From an uncultured Actinomycetes bacterium (lineage in GTDB: Bacteria; Actinomycetota; Thermoleophilia; UBA2241), in the NCBI GenBank assembly GCA_963755025.1, contig CAVWIH010000014.1:378701-442700 (forward strand): 64,000 nucleotides of DNA, written 5' to 3'. This document shows positions 8,728-18,718 of this stretch, piece by piece; position 1 is the stretch's first letter, and the number at the start of each line of letters is the position of its first letter. Both the position numbers and the translations under genes were made by a program. The notes below the pieces were generated by a model. The model searched no databases. It worked only from the letters and a program-made list of their open reading frames with translations, and was not told where the DNA came from.

Positions 8728-10098
8728 TCAGGCGGCCATCGGCGGTCTGACGTCGCTGGCTCCCGACGCCGCCGCGATCTGGCCGCGCAGCGCCTTGAGC
8801 GCATCGACGTAGATCTCCGAGAAGGTCGGGAACGGCTGGATCGTGTCGCGCAGCACGTCGAGCGAGACGCGGGCGCGGATCGCCAGCGTGGCCTGTTGCA
8901 GCCACTCGCCCGCCTCGGGGCCGAGCGCGTAGGCGCCCAGCAGACGTTCGCCGTCGCTCACCAGTGTCAGAAAGCCGTTCTGGTCGGCGGACGCCCTCGT
9001 GTAGGTGGGGGACTTCGCGATCTCAGACACGAGCGCCGTCGCGCTGAAACGCCCGCTCGAAGCGCCCACCGCCGCGGCTTGCGGGTCGGTGTAGACGACG
9101 CGCGGCACGGCCTCGTAGCCGGCCGTGCGCGGCTCGCCCAGGATGTTCGCGGCGACCACCTCGCCCTGGTATTTGCCGACGTGGGTCAGCGGCCAGATGC
9201 CGGTCACGTCGCCGATGGCCCACAGACGGTCGGCGACGCGCAGGTGCGCATCGACCGGTATCCCGTGGCCGTCGGGCTCGATGCCGACGGTCTCGAGGCC
9301 TATCCCGCGCACCCGCGCACGGCGGCCGGTGGCGGCGAGCAGCCGGTCGCCGCGCAGTTCGCGGCCGCCGTCGAGCTCGAGGACATAGTCCGCGCCGTCG
9401 CGCCGCGCGGCGGTCGCGATGGCGGACGGGACGAGCTCGATGCCCTCGCCGCGCAGGGCCTCGCCGAGCGCCTCGCCCAACGGCGCCGCTTCGCGCGAGA
9501 GCAGGTGTGCGGCCCTCTCGACGATCACCGCCTGGCCGCCGAGCCGACGCACGACCTGCGCCATCTCCACGCCGACCGGGCCGCCGCCCAGAACGAGCAG
9601 GCGGCGCGGGATCGCCTTCATCGAGGTCGCCTCGCGGCTCGTCCAGACACCCTCGAGCTCGCGCAGGCCCGGCACGGGCGGCACGACGGCGGCGGCGCCG
9701 TTGGCCAGCACCACGTGATCGGCCGTGTGCCGGACGCCGTCGACCTCGACGACGCCCGGGCCGGCGAGCCGCCCGTTGCCGCGCAGCAGGTCGATGCCGC
9801 GATCGGCCAGCCAGCGCTCCTGCCCCGCGTCGGACCAGTCAGAGACCATGTCGTCGCGCCAGGCAAGCGCCGCTTCGACGTCGACCTCGGCGTTCGCCGC
9901 CGCCTCGCGCGCACCGTGCACCGCCTCGCCGGGCCGCAGCAGCGTCTTCGAGGGGATGCAGGCCCAGTAGGAACACTCGCCGCCCACCAGCTCGCGCTCC
10001 ACGACGGCCACCCGCAGGCCGCCCTCGGCCAGGGCGCCGGCGCAGTGCTCGCCCGGCGCGCCGCCGCCGAGGACGATGACGTCGTAGTCGCTGCTCAT
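8728..10098 (-). CDS. Class I pyridine nucleotide-disulfide oxidoreductase (dihydrolipoamide dehydrogenase-like)
   Basis: GGGAPG FAD motif, [13 protein letters not shown] redox-active disulfide, [11 protein letters not shown] motif; C-terminal QPFPTFSE in place of HPTxSE. Confidence 0.9.
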   Translation of the reverse strand: MSSDYDVIVLGGGAPGEHCAGALAEGGLRVAVVERELVGGECSYWACIPSKTLLRPGEAVHGAREAAANAEVDVEAALAWRDDMVSDWSDAGQERWLADRGIDLLRGNGRLAGPGVVEVDGVRHTADHVVLANGAAAVVPPVPGLRELEGVWTSREATSMKAIPRRLLVLGGGPVGVEMAQVVRRLGGQAVIVERAAHLLSREAAPLGEALGEALRGEGIELVPSAIATAARRDGADYVLELDGGRELRGDRLLAATGRRARVRGIGLETVGIEPDGHGIPVDAHLRVADRLWAIGDVTGIWPLTHVGKYQGEVVAANILGEPRTAGYEAVPRVVYTDPQAAAVGASSGRFSATALVSEIAKSPTYTRASADQNGFLTLVSDGERLLGAYALGPEAGEWLQQATLAIRARVSLDVLRDTIQPFPTFSEIYVDALKALRGQIAAASGASDVRPPMAA

Positions 10099-10112
10099 CG
10101 CGGCAGCTCCTT

Positions 10113-10607
10113 TCAGCGGCCGGGAAGCCGCGTCGTGACCTCCTGGAACAGCCAGCCGTTGCCGTCGGGGTCGCTGAACGAGGCGAACGAGCCGTAGCTC
10201 GTGCGCTCGGGCGAGGGCCCGGCGACGCGGCCGGCGACGTGGAACCGGGCGCCGCGCGCGCCTTCGTGGAACACCTCGCTCACCTCGACGCCGCGCGCCG
10301 CCAGGTCGGCGCGCGCGGCCTCGACGTCGGGGACCGCCAGGTACAGGCTCTGGCTCGATCCCGGCGCGGCGGTGGTGAGGCTCTGACCGAACTGGATCGA
10401 ACAGCGAGAGCCAGGGGGCGTGTACTGGACGAGGCGAAAGTCGCCGTCGGCTACGTCGGCGTCGAGCCTCCAGCCGAGGCCCCCGTAGAACTCCTTGGCG
10501 CGATCGACGTCGGAGACCGCGATCACGACCACCTCGAGGTCCACCTCTCCGGCCTTCACCGGCGGAGTGCCCACGGCCCCGTCGCTGCTCCTGGGGACGG
10601 CGCTCAT
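10113..10607 (-). CDS. VOC/glyoxalase family protein
   Basis: [41 protein letters not shown]. Confidence 0.9.
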   Translation of the reverse strand: MSAVPRSSDGAVGTPPVKAGEVDLEVVVIAVSDVDRAKEFYGGLGWRLDADVADGDFRLVQYTPPGSRCSIQFGQSLTTAAPGSSQSLYLAVPDVEAARADLAARGVEVSEVFHEGARGARFHVAGRVAGPSPERTSYGSFASFSDPDGNGWLFQEVTTRLPGR

Positions 10608-10966
10608 CTCGGGCCCCGTTCCCCTCCGACCCGGTCGCGCCAGTCCCTCGGTGGCCCCGGACTCCAGCCCGGCGGATGGCTGGGCGAGTCCTCGAACTCG
10701 GCCGGCTCCGCGGCGACGTCGTCGGCGTAGCAGTAGACCCAGTCCTCGGCGGGCTCGTAGGACTGGATCACGTGGTGCCCGGTCTCACGGGCATGCGCCG
10801 TCGCGTGGCGGTTGGGCGAGTCGTCGCAACAGCCGATATGACCGCACGTCAGGCAGCGGCGCAGGTGCATCCAGTGCCCGCCGCTCGCCAGGCACTCCAC
10901 GCATCCGGGTCCGCTGGGCTCGACGTCGGGAGACGCCTGAGCGATGTGGTCGCAGGTTTCATCCAT
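10604..10966 (-). CDS. UBP-type zinc finger protein
   Basis: CVEC...[25 protein letters not shown]...[12 protein letters not shown]; start set at MDETCDH. Confidence 0.85.
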   Translation of the reverse strand: MDETCDHIAQASPDVEPSGPGCVECLASGGHWMHLRRCLTCGHIGCCDDSPNRHATAHARETGHHVIQSYEPAEDWVYCYADDVAAEPAEFEDSPSHPPGWSPGPPRDWRDRVGGERGPR

Positions 10967-11120
10967 GGGAGCTACTCCGGGTCCGTCGTCTAGCCGTTCC
11001 AAGTGACATACCCGGCTCTGCCCGGCTCGCGCGATCTCGGCGTTTACGACGGCGGCGTACGCGCCTGACCGGTGGCCGCAGACCCACCGCGCGCGGTCGC
11101 ACGCCGGCCCGGACGCAGGC

Positions 11121-11162
11121 GAAACAAAGCCGCCTGCCCTCTCGAGCGCGGGCAGGCGGCTT
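11121..11162 (-). terminator. Intrinsic terminator ending the mttB-corrinoid-permease operon
   Basis: 13-bp inverted repeat AAGCCGCCTGCCC/GGGCAGGCGGCTT with minus-strand TTTGTTTC tail. Confidence 0.8.
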
Positions 11163-11206
11163 CGGTCACACGGAGCTCTCGGTGGGCCTTCTTGCAGTGA
11201 GAAGCC

Positions 11207-12799
11207 TCAGGCCTCCTCGAGCACCGACGGCGCGGCCACGGCCGCCGGCAGCGCTGCCTCTGTCGCTCCCGAGGTCTCGCCGTCGAGCGCCAGCAGATCG
11301 CTGTCGCTCACGGCGCCGCTCGCGAGGTTGCGCCTGCCGATCAGCCAGAACACCGCGCCGGTGACGAAGAAGAAGCCGAGCGTGCCCAGCGTGACGGTCT
11401 CGAAGAAGACGCGAGAGACTCCCCAACTGGTCTCGATGTCGTAGCTCATCCCCAGCGCGCGATCGAGCAGCCCGGGCCAGAGCAGCGTGATCGCCGTGAG
11501 CACGATGATCGCCTCGGAGAGGATCACGCAGACCCACAGGCCGACGGTGCCGCCCGGCACCCGGAACGGGCGGCGCCGGTCGGGATACTTGCGCCGCAGC
11601 GGGATCACCGAGGGGAGCATGAAGAAGTACATGAGCGCCGTCAGCGAGATGACGAGCGTGACCATGACCGTGAAGAAGCTCTGCAGGCTGCCGCTCGTGA
11701 GCAAGAAGACCAGGGCGACGAAGATCGAGCCGATGACCGCCGAGACCACGTTCATCACGACCGGCGTGCCGGTGCGCCTGGAGAACGTGCCGAGCCACAG
11801 CGGCCCGGCGCCGTCGAGGCCGGCCACCGCCTGCACGCGCACGGCGCCCTGCAGCCAGACGCCGCCGGCGCTGATCACGGTGAGCACGACGAGCGCGCCG
11901 ATGAGGTAGTTGAGCCCCGTGTGCAGGCCACCGTGCAGCACGCCGGCGACCGCGAAGTAGGTGTCGGCGAAGCCGGTCGCGTTCGTGAGCTTACTGGCGG
12001 GGATGACGAGCAGCACACCCAGGATCAGCGAGCCCGTGACGAAGCAGGCCACCAGGCCGGAGCGCAGGATCATGACCGGCACGTCGCGCTGGGCGTTCTT
12101 CATCTCTTCGGCGGCGCCGTTGGAGAGCTCGAACCCTACGAAGAGGAACTGCAGCAGCCCGATCACCGCCAGAAAGCCGGTGACGCTGGGCTTGACCGAC
12201 GACAGGGTCACGGTGCCGGCCGGTTTGCCGTGGCTGATGAGGAAGGCGACGACGAGCACCAGGAAGATGGCCAGCATGAGCAGGCGCACGATCGTGCCGA
12301 GGATGCCGGTCCACTTGCCCCACTTGAGCTCGACGAGCGAGAGGCCCACGATCGCCCACACCACGGCGATGCCCACGACGATCGAAGGCAGCGTGCCCAT
12401 CGGGTTCTTCAGATAGAAGGTGTTGATCGCGGCGACGACCGCCGCCGCCAGCGTGCCGCCCATCCACACCGGGTTGCTCATCCAGTAGAAGACCGAGGTG
12501 AGCGCGCCCGGCAGGCGGCCAAAGGCCATGCGCGGCCACACGTAAGGCCCTCCCTCCACGGGGAAGGTCGAGCCCAGCTCCGCGACGATCATGCCGTAGG
12601 GCACGAGCCACACGAGGAGAATGACGATCAGCCAGAAGAAGGTCTGCCCGAGGCCGTAGGCCGCGGTCACCGCGATCGTGTCGAGGCTGATGAAGGCGGC
12701 GATGGTGAAGAAGACGATGTCGAAGCGCGTCAGGACCTTGCGCATCTTGGCGCGCTCCTGGCCCATCGCACCGGCCGTGGGGTCAGGCAGGGCGCTCAT
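11207..12799 (-). CDS. APC-superfamily amino acid/amine permease
   Basis: 530 aa, AELGSTFPVEGGPYVW, FVGFELSNGAAEEMKNAQRDVP, LRRKYPDRRRPFRVPGG; ATGA overlap with corrinoid gene. Confidence 0.9.
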   Translation of the reverse strand: MSALPDPTAGAMGQERAKMRKVLTRFDIVFFTIAAFISLDTIAVTAAYGLGQTFFWLIVILLVWLVPYGMIVAELGSTFPVEGGPYVWPRMAFGRLPGALTSVFYWMSNPVWMGGTLAAAVVAAINTFYLKNPMGTLPSIVVGIAVVWAIVGLSLVELKWGKWTGILGTIVRLLMLAIFLVLVVAFLISHGKPAGTVTLSSVKPSVTGFLAVIGLLQFLFVGFELSNGAAEEMKNAQRDVPVMILRSGLVACFVTGSLILGVLLVIPASKLTNATGFADTYFAVAGVLHGGLHTGLNYLIGALVVLTVISAGGVWLQGAVRVQAVAGLDGAGPLWLGTFSRRTGTPVVMNVVSAVIGSIFVALVFLLTSGSLQSFFTVMVTLVISLTALMYFFMLPSVIPLRRKYPDRRRPFRVPGGTVGLWVCVILSEAIIVLTAITLLWPGLLDRALGMSYDIETSWGVSRVFFETVTLGTLGFFFVTGAVFWLIGRRNLASGAVSDSDLLALDGETSGATEAALPAAVAAPSVLEEA

Positions 12800-13437
12800 G
12801 TCGTCGACGCAGCAGCGACCAGGGCCTTGGCGCGGTCGACCGCCATGCCGGCGTTGGCGCCGTAGCCGTCGGCGCCCAGCGACTCGGCGAAGGCCTTTGT
12901 GACCGGCGCGCCGCCGACCAGCACCTTGACCTGCTCGCGCAGGCCGGCGTCCTGCAGCGCGGCGATCGTCTCGGCCATGCGCGGCAAGGTGGTGGTGAGC
13001 AGCGCGCTCATGCCGAGGATGGTCGCGTCGTGCTCCTTGACGGCCGCCACGAACTGCTGCGAGGTGACGCCGGTGCCCAGGTTGACGACCGTGAAGCCGG
13101 CGCCCTGCAGCAGCATGCCGACCAGGTTCTTGCCGATGTCGTGCAGGTCGCCTTCGACCGTGCCGATCACCACGGTGCCCAGGCCCCCGCTATCGCCGGC
13201 CCCGAGGTGCGGCTTCAAGATGTCGAGCGCGCCCTGCATGGTGCGCGCGCTGAGCAGCACTTCGGGAATGAAGCAGTCGCCCGAGCGCATGCGCTCGCCG
13301 ACCACGTCCATGCCGGGCAGCAGCGCGTCGTCCAGGATCTCGCGAGCCGGGGCGCCGCTCGCCAGCAGCGCCTGGGTGAGGGCGTTGACCGTGTCGGCGT
13401 TGCCGGCGATCAGCGCCTGCGTGAGTTGCTCTTTCAT
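12796..13437 (-). CDS. Methyltransferase cognate corrinoid protein (MttC/MtbC-like)
   Basis: Cap domain LLPGMDVVGERM...FIPEVLLSARTM; B12-binding GTVEGDLHDIGKNLV, SALLTTT, VGGAPVT. Confidence 0.95.
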   Translation of the reverse strand: MKEQLTQALIAGNADTVNALTQALLASGAPAREILDDALLPGMDVVGERMRSGDCFIPEVLLSARTMQGALDILKPHLGAGDSGGLGTVVIGTVEGDLHDIGKNLVGMLLQGAGFTVVNLGTGVTSQQFVAAVKEHDATILGMSALLTTTLPRMAETIAALQDAGLREQVKVLVGGAPVTKAFAESLGADGYGANAGMAVDRAKALVAAASTT

Positions 13438-13509
13438 CTGTCCCCCTTGGGCAGCCGGCTCGAGCGGGCGAGCCGGCTGCAGTGTCCTTGCAGTCCGCCG
13501 GCGATGCGC

Positions 13510-14983
13510 TCAGGCGACGCCGACCAGCCGGTCCGTCTGCTCGACGATGGCGTGCATGCGCGCGGCGATGTCGTCGGGGATGGGCTCGGGCCGATACTCG
13601 CGCACGACGTCGCGCGCCTTTTCGAGGCAGCGTGGTGTAGAGCTCCTTGGAGCCGCGCGCGTCCCACTCCTCGCGCACGCGGCGATCGAGGAACTGCGGC
13701 TGGCTGAGCTCGCGCATGTGGAGCAGCGTGGCGTCGAGCGAAAGGAAGTCCCCGAACGGACCGACCTGCACGATGTCCTCCACCGCCAGCGTCTCGTCGT
13801 TGACCCGCACTCCACCGACCACGCGCTTGATCATGCGCGCGAACTCGTTGTCCATGACGAACTGTCCGCAATCGAAGGTGACTCCCGACTCGATCATCCC
13901 CGCACCGTAGATCAGGTTGGCCCCTGCCAACGCTGCCATGATTCCGGTGAGGGTCTTCTCGTGCCCGACCTGGGCGTCACCGAGCTTGGCATCCGTCTAT
14001 AACCCGGCGACGAAGCTCGGCAGCAGGTAGCGCCGCGCCATCTGGGTCACCGCCGCGCTGATCATGGCGAGCTCGGGCGAGCCCACGCAGGCAGCCGCGA
14101 GCTTCAGGTCCATGGCCGTCGTGGACGACCCGTACATCACCGGGCAGCCACGCTCGGTGAGCTGCGCCAGCGTGATGCCCGAGAGCACCTCGGCGTTGTG
14201 GGTGACCAGGGTGCCGGCCAGGGTGACCGGCGAGGAGCCGCCCGCCATGGCCATGCTCAGGATGTTGTTGGGGATCCACCAGCGCGACGTCTCGATGATC
14301 ACCTGGGTGGCGTCGCGCGGCAGCTTGAGGGGGCTCACCGGGCAGACGCCGCCGTAGAGGATGGGGCGGCGGCGCAGCTCGTCGGCGCCGCCGACGACCT
14401 CGGCCGCCATCTCGAAGATCGCCCTCGCCTCGATCCGCGACAGCGGTCCTATGCCGATCGGCTTGGTCGTGTTCAGGAGCTGCGCCTCGGTGTGGTGGAC
14501 GGCGGCGGTCTCGGGCGGCACGTCGCTCGCTCCCACGGCGGTCTCGTGGGTGTCGATCTCGCTCAAGTAGTCGTTGAGACGGGCGATGTCGGCGATGTCC
14601 TTCTTGGTCGAGTTACGATACTCGCCGGTCTCGACGTCGATGACCCTGATGCCTTCGCTGAAGTTGGTGAAGGCCACGCGACCCGGCTCCATGACGAAGT
14701 CGTTCTTGGGGTTGTTGCGGCCGTACAGCACGTACCGGCTGGGCGCGGAGCGGATGGCGTCGTCGACCACATGCGGCGGAAAGCGCACGATATGCGTGTC
14801 GCGGTCGACCATGCAGCCGCCGTCGGAGTAGATGTCGAGCGCCTCGTCGTCTTCGACGAAGACACCGGCACGCTCGAGGACTTCGAGACTGGCGAAGTGG
14901 ATCTCCTCGAGCTCGGATTCGGTGAACACGTTGACGCTGAGGCCGCCGCTGCGCGGCCGGCCGGCGAAGAGGTTGCGTTTCAC
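13510..14983 (-). CDS. mttB: Second pyrrolysine-containing MttB, in-frame TAG at 13999-13997 (Pyl329); 1-bp frameshift near 13630
   Basis: GTG start; [43 protein letters not shown]; C-terminus LEKARDVVREYRPEPIPDD...VGVA in shifted frame ending 13510. Confidence 0.93.
13877..13981 (-). other. Long intragenic RNA hairpin downstream of the second Pyl UAG
   Basis: Minus strand GGTGAC-g-CCC pairs with GGG-a-GTCACC; CACCG/CGGTG; ATCA/TGAT; apical GTTGGC-aggg-GCCAAC (13931-13916). Confidence 0.55.
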
Positions 14984-15020
14984 ACTGCACCACCCCCTGG
15001 AACACGTCGTAGGGATTTAC

Positions 15021-15068
15021 TTAGTTACATAACTAACGGTACAGTATCAGATGGTCGAAGGCTGTCAA
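15021..15068 (-). promoter_or_regulatory. mttB operon promoter with palindromic operator
   Basis: TTGACA (15068-15063), 16-nt spacer, TACTGT; perfect palindrome TTAGTTA-CA-TAACTAA (15021-15036) just downstream of the -10. Confidence 0.8.
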
Positions 15069-15171
15069 GACCTCACGGTCACGCCGCGAGTGGCGCGCCC
15101 GGAGGCCGATGGATATCCTCTGGGTAGTCACCGTACGGGGCTCCTCGGGGGCCGACGAAGGGAAGCCGAGC

Positions 15172-15807
15172 TTGACGAGGTACGAGATACCGATCGAGGA
15201 CCCGGCGCCGCATCTGGCGCCGACCGCGGCGCGCATCCTCGACGCCGCCAAACGCGTGCTGGCCCGCGACGGTTTTCGCGCGCTCACCTTCGTCAACATC
15301 GCCGACGAGGCCGCCGAGAACCCGGCCCTCATCCGTTATCACTTCGGCAACAAGGCCGGCCTCATCGCGACGCTCGTCGACTCGGTCCTCTACCTCGAGA
15401 GCCTCGACTTGATCGAGAAGCTCACCAGCGTGCCGCCCGGCGACGAGCGCCGCCGCGCCCTGTTCGCGCTCCACCAGACCTACACCAAAGACCTCGAGGG
15501 CTACCAGCTGTTCTACGAGCTCGTGCCGCACATCTTGCGCGACCCCGAGCTACGGCCACACCTGAGCGCCCTGTTCGACTGGTATCGCAAGCTCGACGCC
15601 TGGGCCCTGGGCGCGCAGCCCGGCACCGAGCACCCGGCGCAGCTCGAACCGCTGGCACTGCTCAGCGTCGCGCTCGCCGACGGCGTCGCTCTGCAGGTCC
15701 AGGTCGACCCCGACCTCGACGTCGGCCCCGCCTTCGAGATCTGGCGCGGGCTGATCCTGAGCTATCTCGACGGCGCCGCCGGCGGCGGCGCACCGCCGCA
15801 ACCCTAA
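15172..15807 (+). CDS. TetR/AcrR family transcriptional regulator
   Basis: ILDAAKRVLARDGFRALTFVNIADEAAENPALIRYHFGNKAGL HTH; start set at TTG 15172 after GAAGGGAAG (ORF track starts 15109); divergent from mttB. Confidence 0.9.
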   Translation: MTRYEIPIEDPAPHLAPTAARILDAAKRVLARDGFRALTFVNIADEAAENPALIRYHFGNKAGLIATLVDSVLYLESLDLIEKLTSVPPGDERRRALFALHQTYTKDLEGYQLFYELVPHILRDPELRPHLSALFDWYRKLDAWALGAQPGTEHPAQLEPLALLSVALADGVALQVQVDPDLDVGPAFEIWRGLILSYLDGAAGGGAPPQP

Positions 15808-17291
15808 CGCAGCTCCTGGTCGGCGGCGGCGACGATGCGCCGCAGCTCCCGTACCTTGTCGTCGGCAAGCGGCGTGGGCACGTAGTGCTCGAGAATATCG
15901 AGCCCGCGCTCGCGAGCGACCTCGACGGGGTTGCGGTAGTGGACGCCGTCGGGGCCGATCTCCTGTCCGATCGAGCGCTCGACGGTCTCTTTCATGTGCC
16001 GCCGGGTATGCGGCTGACCCAAAAAGTGCCCGCCCGGCCCCACCGCGTCGATCACGTCGAGGGCCAGCGTCTCCTCGTCTAACTCGACGTCCTTGAAGGC
16101 GTTGGCGGCGCGGTGGTAGAGGTCGTCGTCGAGCATCATGTGCTCGGGGGTGAACAGCTGATAGCGATTGGTGAGGCCGATCGTGGTCATGAGCTCCGAG
16201 CCGACGAGGCTCGCCACCATCAGCGTGTGCGCCGTCTCGGCGGCGGCCAGCCAGGTGCCCGGCAGGTCGTCGTCTGTGCCAGCGTACCCGCTCATCGCCG
16301 GCAGGCCGAAGTGGTGCACCAGCTCGGTCGGCAGGAAGAGGCCGCGATGGTTGAGCGGCGCCGTCGTCAGCGCGGCCGTGCGCGGATCGGCGTGCACCGG
16401 CAACGGAAAGAGGATCACCGGCGCGCCCGGGTGGGCGAGCTGGATGAGCACGGTGGCGCTGATGAGCTCGGCGAAGCCCATGACGTAGGCGCCGGCCTTG
16501 GTCGCCGGCGCCGTGGTGCCGAAGGTCGGCATGGTCACGAAGCACACCGGAATGCCGGCCTCGGCAAAGACGAGGGCCGCTTCGATCCCGTCCTTGTCGT
16601 TGACCAGCGGCTGCACGGTGCCGATCAGGTCGCTCATCGGCGGCCGGCGCCGCAGCTCCTGCGGGCCGCCGGCGACGACCGTCGCCATCTCCACGGCGTA
16701 GCGCGCCTCGCGCTCGCCCTGGACCATACCCTGGAGGTGCTTGCCGGTGTTGTTCCAGGCCGCCTCCAGCTCGTGCAGCGTGTGCGTGTCGCCGCAGTCG
16801 GCGGCGGCCACGTTCGGCCACCAGAACTGCAGCGAACCGAGGTAGTCGATCATGCGGGTGATGGCTTCGAGGTCTGTCTTGGTCGGCTGGCGGCGCACGC
16901 CGTCGTGCCAGTCGATGACCTCGGTGCCGCAGCCGTTGGTGGTGTTGAAGGTGTCGCCGCCGGCGAGGTCGAGGTCGCGCTCGCCGTCGCGCGAGCCCAG
17001 CCAGAAGTCGCGCGGCGCGCTCGCCAGGGCGCGCGTCACCAGGTCGGGCGAGAGGCGCGCGATCCCCGTGGCGCGGTCGACGCGCGCGCCGTGCTCCTCG
17101 AGGATGGCGAGCGTCTTGGGCGAGGCGAAGCGCACGCCGGTGCGCTCCAGCACCTGCAGCACCGCGTCTTTGTAGCGGTCGAGTCGCGCGCGGTCGTAAA
17201 AGGTCGCCTTGAAGTCGGAGCGCAGCGGCAGGAGTGGTTGCGGCCGGCTGAGGTCGAGGTGGGAACGGCCGAGGTCGAGTTGGCTAGTCAT
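15804..17291 (-). CDS. Non-pyrrolysine MttB-superfamily methyltransferase (about 495 aa)
   Basis: LQVLERTGVRF, PTFGTTAPATKAG, QLAHPGAPV, LALDVIDAVGPGGHFLGQPHTRRH; no TAG at the Pyl-equivalent site (FGLPAMSGYAGTDD); ATG overlaps mtbB TGA (ATGA 17291-17288). Confidence 0.9.
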   Translation of the reverse strand: MTSQLDLGRSHLDLSRPQPLLPLRSDFKATFYDRARLDRYKDAVLQVLERTGVRFASPKTLAILEEHGARVDRATGIARLSPDLVTRALASAPRDFWLGSRDGERDLDLAGGDTFNTTNGCGTEVIDWHDGVRRQPTKTDLEAITRMIDYLGSLQFWWPNVAAADCGDTHTLHELEAAWNNTGKHLQGMVQGEREARYAVEMATVVAGGPQELRRRPPMSDLIGTVQPLVNDKDGIEAALVFAEAGIPVCFVTMPTFGTTAPATKAGAYVMGFAELISATVLIQLAHPGAPVILFPLPVHADPRTAALTTAPLNHRGLFLPTELVHHFGLPAMSGYAGTDDDLPGTWLAAAETAHTLMVASLVGSELMTTIGLTNRYQLFTPEHMMLDDDLYHRAANAFKDVELDEETLALDVIDAVGPGGHFLGQPHTRRHMKETVERSIGQEIGPDGVHYRNPVEVARERGLDILEHYVPTPLADDKVRELRRIVAAADQELR

Positions 17292-18688
17292 GACGTCACT
17301 CCCGTCAGGGTCGTGTGGCGCTTGAAACACTCCACCGAGTTCACCGGCACGTCGAGCGTCTCTGCGATATGGAACTTGGCCGCGATGGCGCCGGGCTGGT
17401 CGGGGTAGGTCAGGTCCTGCACCGGGATGCGGCCAAGTCCGAAGTCGCGGCGCAGGTCGTGCATGGCGATCGTGTCGCTCAAGTCGAGCACCGAGCAGCC
17501 GAGCTTCTCGGCGACGTAGCGCTTGGCCTGCGGGAGACGCATGCCTCGGGTGATCTGCATGCGGGCTACCAGGTCTCCGGCGGTCCGCATTCCGCCCATA
17601 CCCGAGGCGAGCGCGTGAGTGGAGGCTATCCCCAAAGGATCCCCCACGCCTACCTACAAGCCGTCGAGCTTGAGGATGTCGACCAGCGCGCGTGAGGCGC
17701 GCGACGTGGCGTCGACCGGAGGGTAGGGGCTCATCGGCACGCCGCCCACACCCATGCCGGCGTTCATGTGGACGGGGATGGTCGCCTCGGCGGTCACCGG
17801 CTTCACGAGCGCGCAAGCGCGCGCCGTGTTCCAGGCCAGCGACTTGGTGGTGTTCACGTTGACCGCCGGACCGAAGATCGTGGCGCCGGCCGCCGTGACG
17901 GCGCGCAGCTGGTCGAGCGGCCACATGCCGGCGAGGCGGCGGCCCTCGTACTCGAGCTCGCCGTGCATGCCGAGCACGAGCTCGCCGGCCTGGCCGACCT
18001 CGACCCCGATGTCGGGCCAGCGATCGCGGACCTGCCTGACGACCCGCAGCGTAGCCAGCAGGTCGGCGTCGCCGGCCGCGCCGGCCGTGTCGAAATCGAG
18101 GCCGTCGGCGCCGGCCGCGATCATGGTCTCGGCGACGATCAGCATGTCGTGCTCAAGGAGGCCGACGGCCTCTTCCTGGGCGCGGCGCGCTTCTTCGATC
18201 TTGCCCAGGGGCAGCAGCTGCGACCAGTTGTCGGCGGGGCCGTCGGGCTTCGAATAGCGGCCGAGGTCGGGCATGGCGCCGTAGTTCAGAGGGACCACCG
18301 TCTGCAGTTGGGCGTCCTTCATCATCTGCGCCTGAAACGAGAGCACGGTGCGCACGGCCTTGTAGGAGTAGTCGAGGTGCCAGAGCTCGAGCGAGTCGGC
18401 GCCGTGGTGGTTCTGGTAGACGAGCTGCTCGGTGACCGGATGCCCCAGGTCGCCGTTGCCGGCACCGTCGAAGCTGAGCACGACCTCGTCGCCGTAGTCG
18501 ACCGCGGTGAACTTCGATGGCGAGGTGAAGATGTCCAACAGGTGCGCGAGCTCGTCGGCGGCGAGCGGCTCCACCTTGGCGCGCCGCACCGCGGCCGCGA
18601 CTCCGGCCTCGAGGTCGGCCTCGATCTCGGCCGGCGTCATCTCGGCAAGGGAGCCGTCTCCGAGGCGTGTGGGTATGCGATGCGCCAT
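17288..18688 (-). CDS. mtbB: Pyrrolysine-containing dimethylamine:corrinoid methyltransferase (MtbB), in-frame TAG at 17656-17654 (Pyl345)
   Basis: ORFs 17654-18688 and 17288-17647 are in frame; HMNAGMGVGGVPM...[37 protein letters not shown] matches the MtbB pyrrolysine context; DFDTAGAAGDADL, IFGPAVNVNTTKS. Confidence 0.95.
17543..17647 (-). other. Two intragenic hairpins downstream of the mtbB Pyl UAG
   Basis: Proximal GTGGGGG-ATCCT-ttg-GGGAT-ag-CCTCCAC (17647-17619); distal perfect 9-bp GCCTCGGGT/ACCCGAGGC enclosing ATGCGG/CCGCAT and GCCGG-agac-CTGGT (17608-17543). Confidence 0.5.
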
Positions 18689-18718
18689 CGTCCCCCAGTT
18701 TCGTTCGCGGATTCTTAC

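Noticed and set aside
15804-17924. 706-aa ORF as a fusion protein
   Set aside because: The first about 210 codons overlap mtbB in another frame and look non-coding; the real start is ATG 17291
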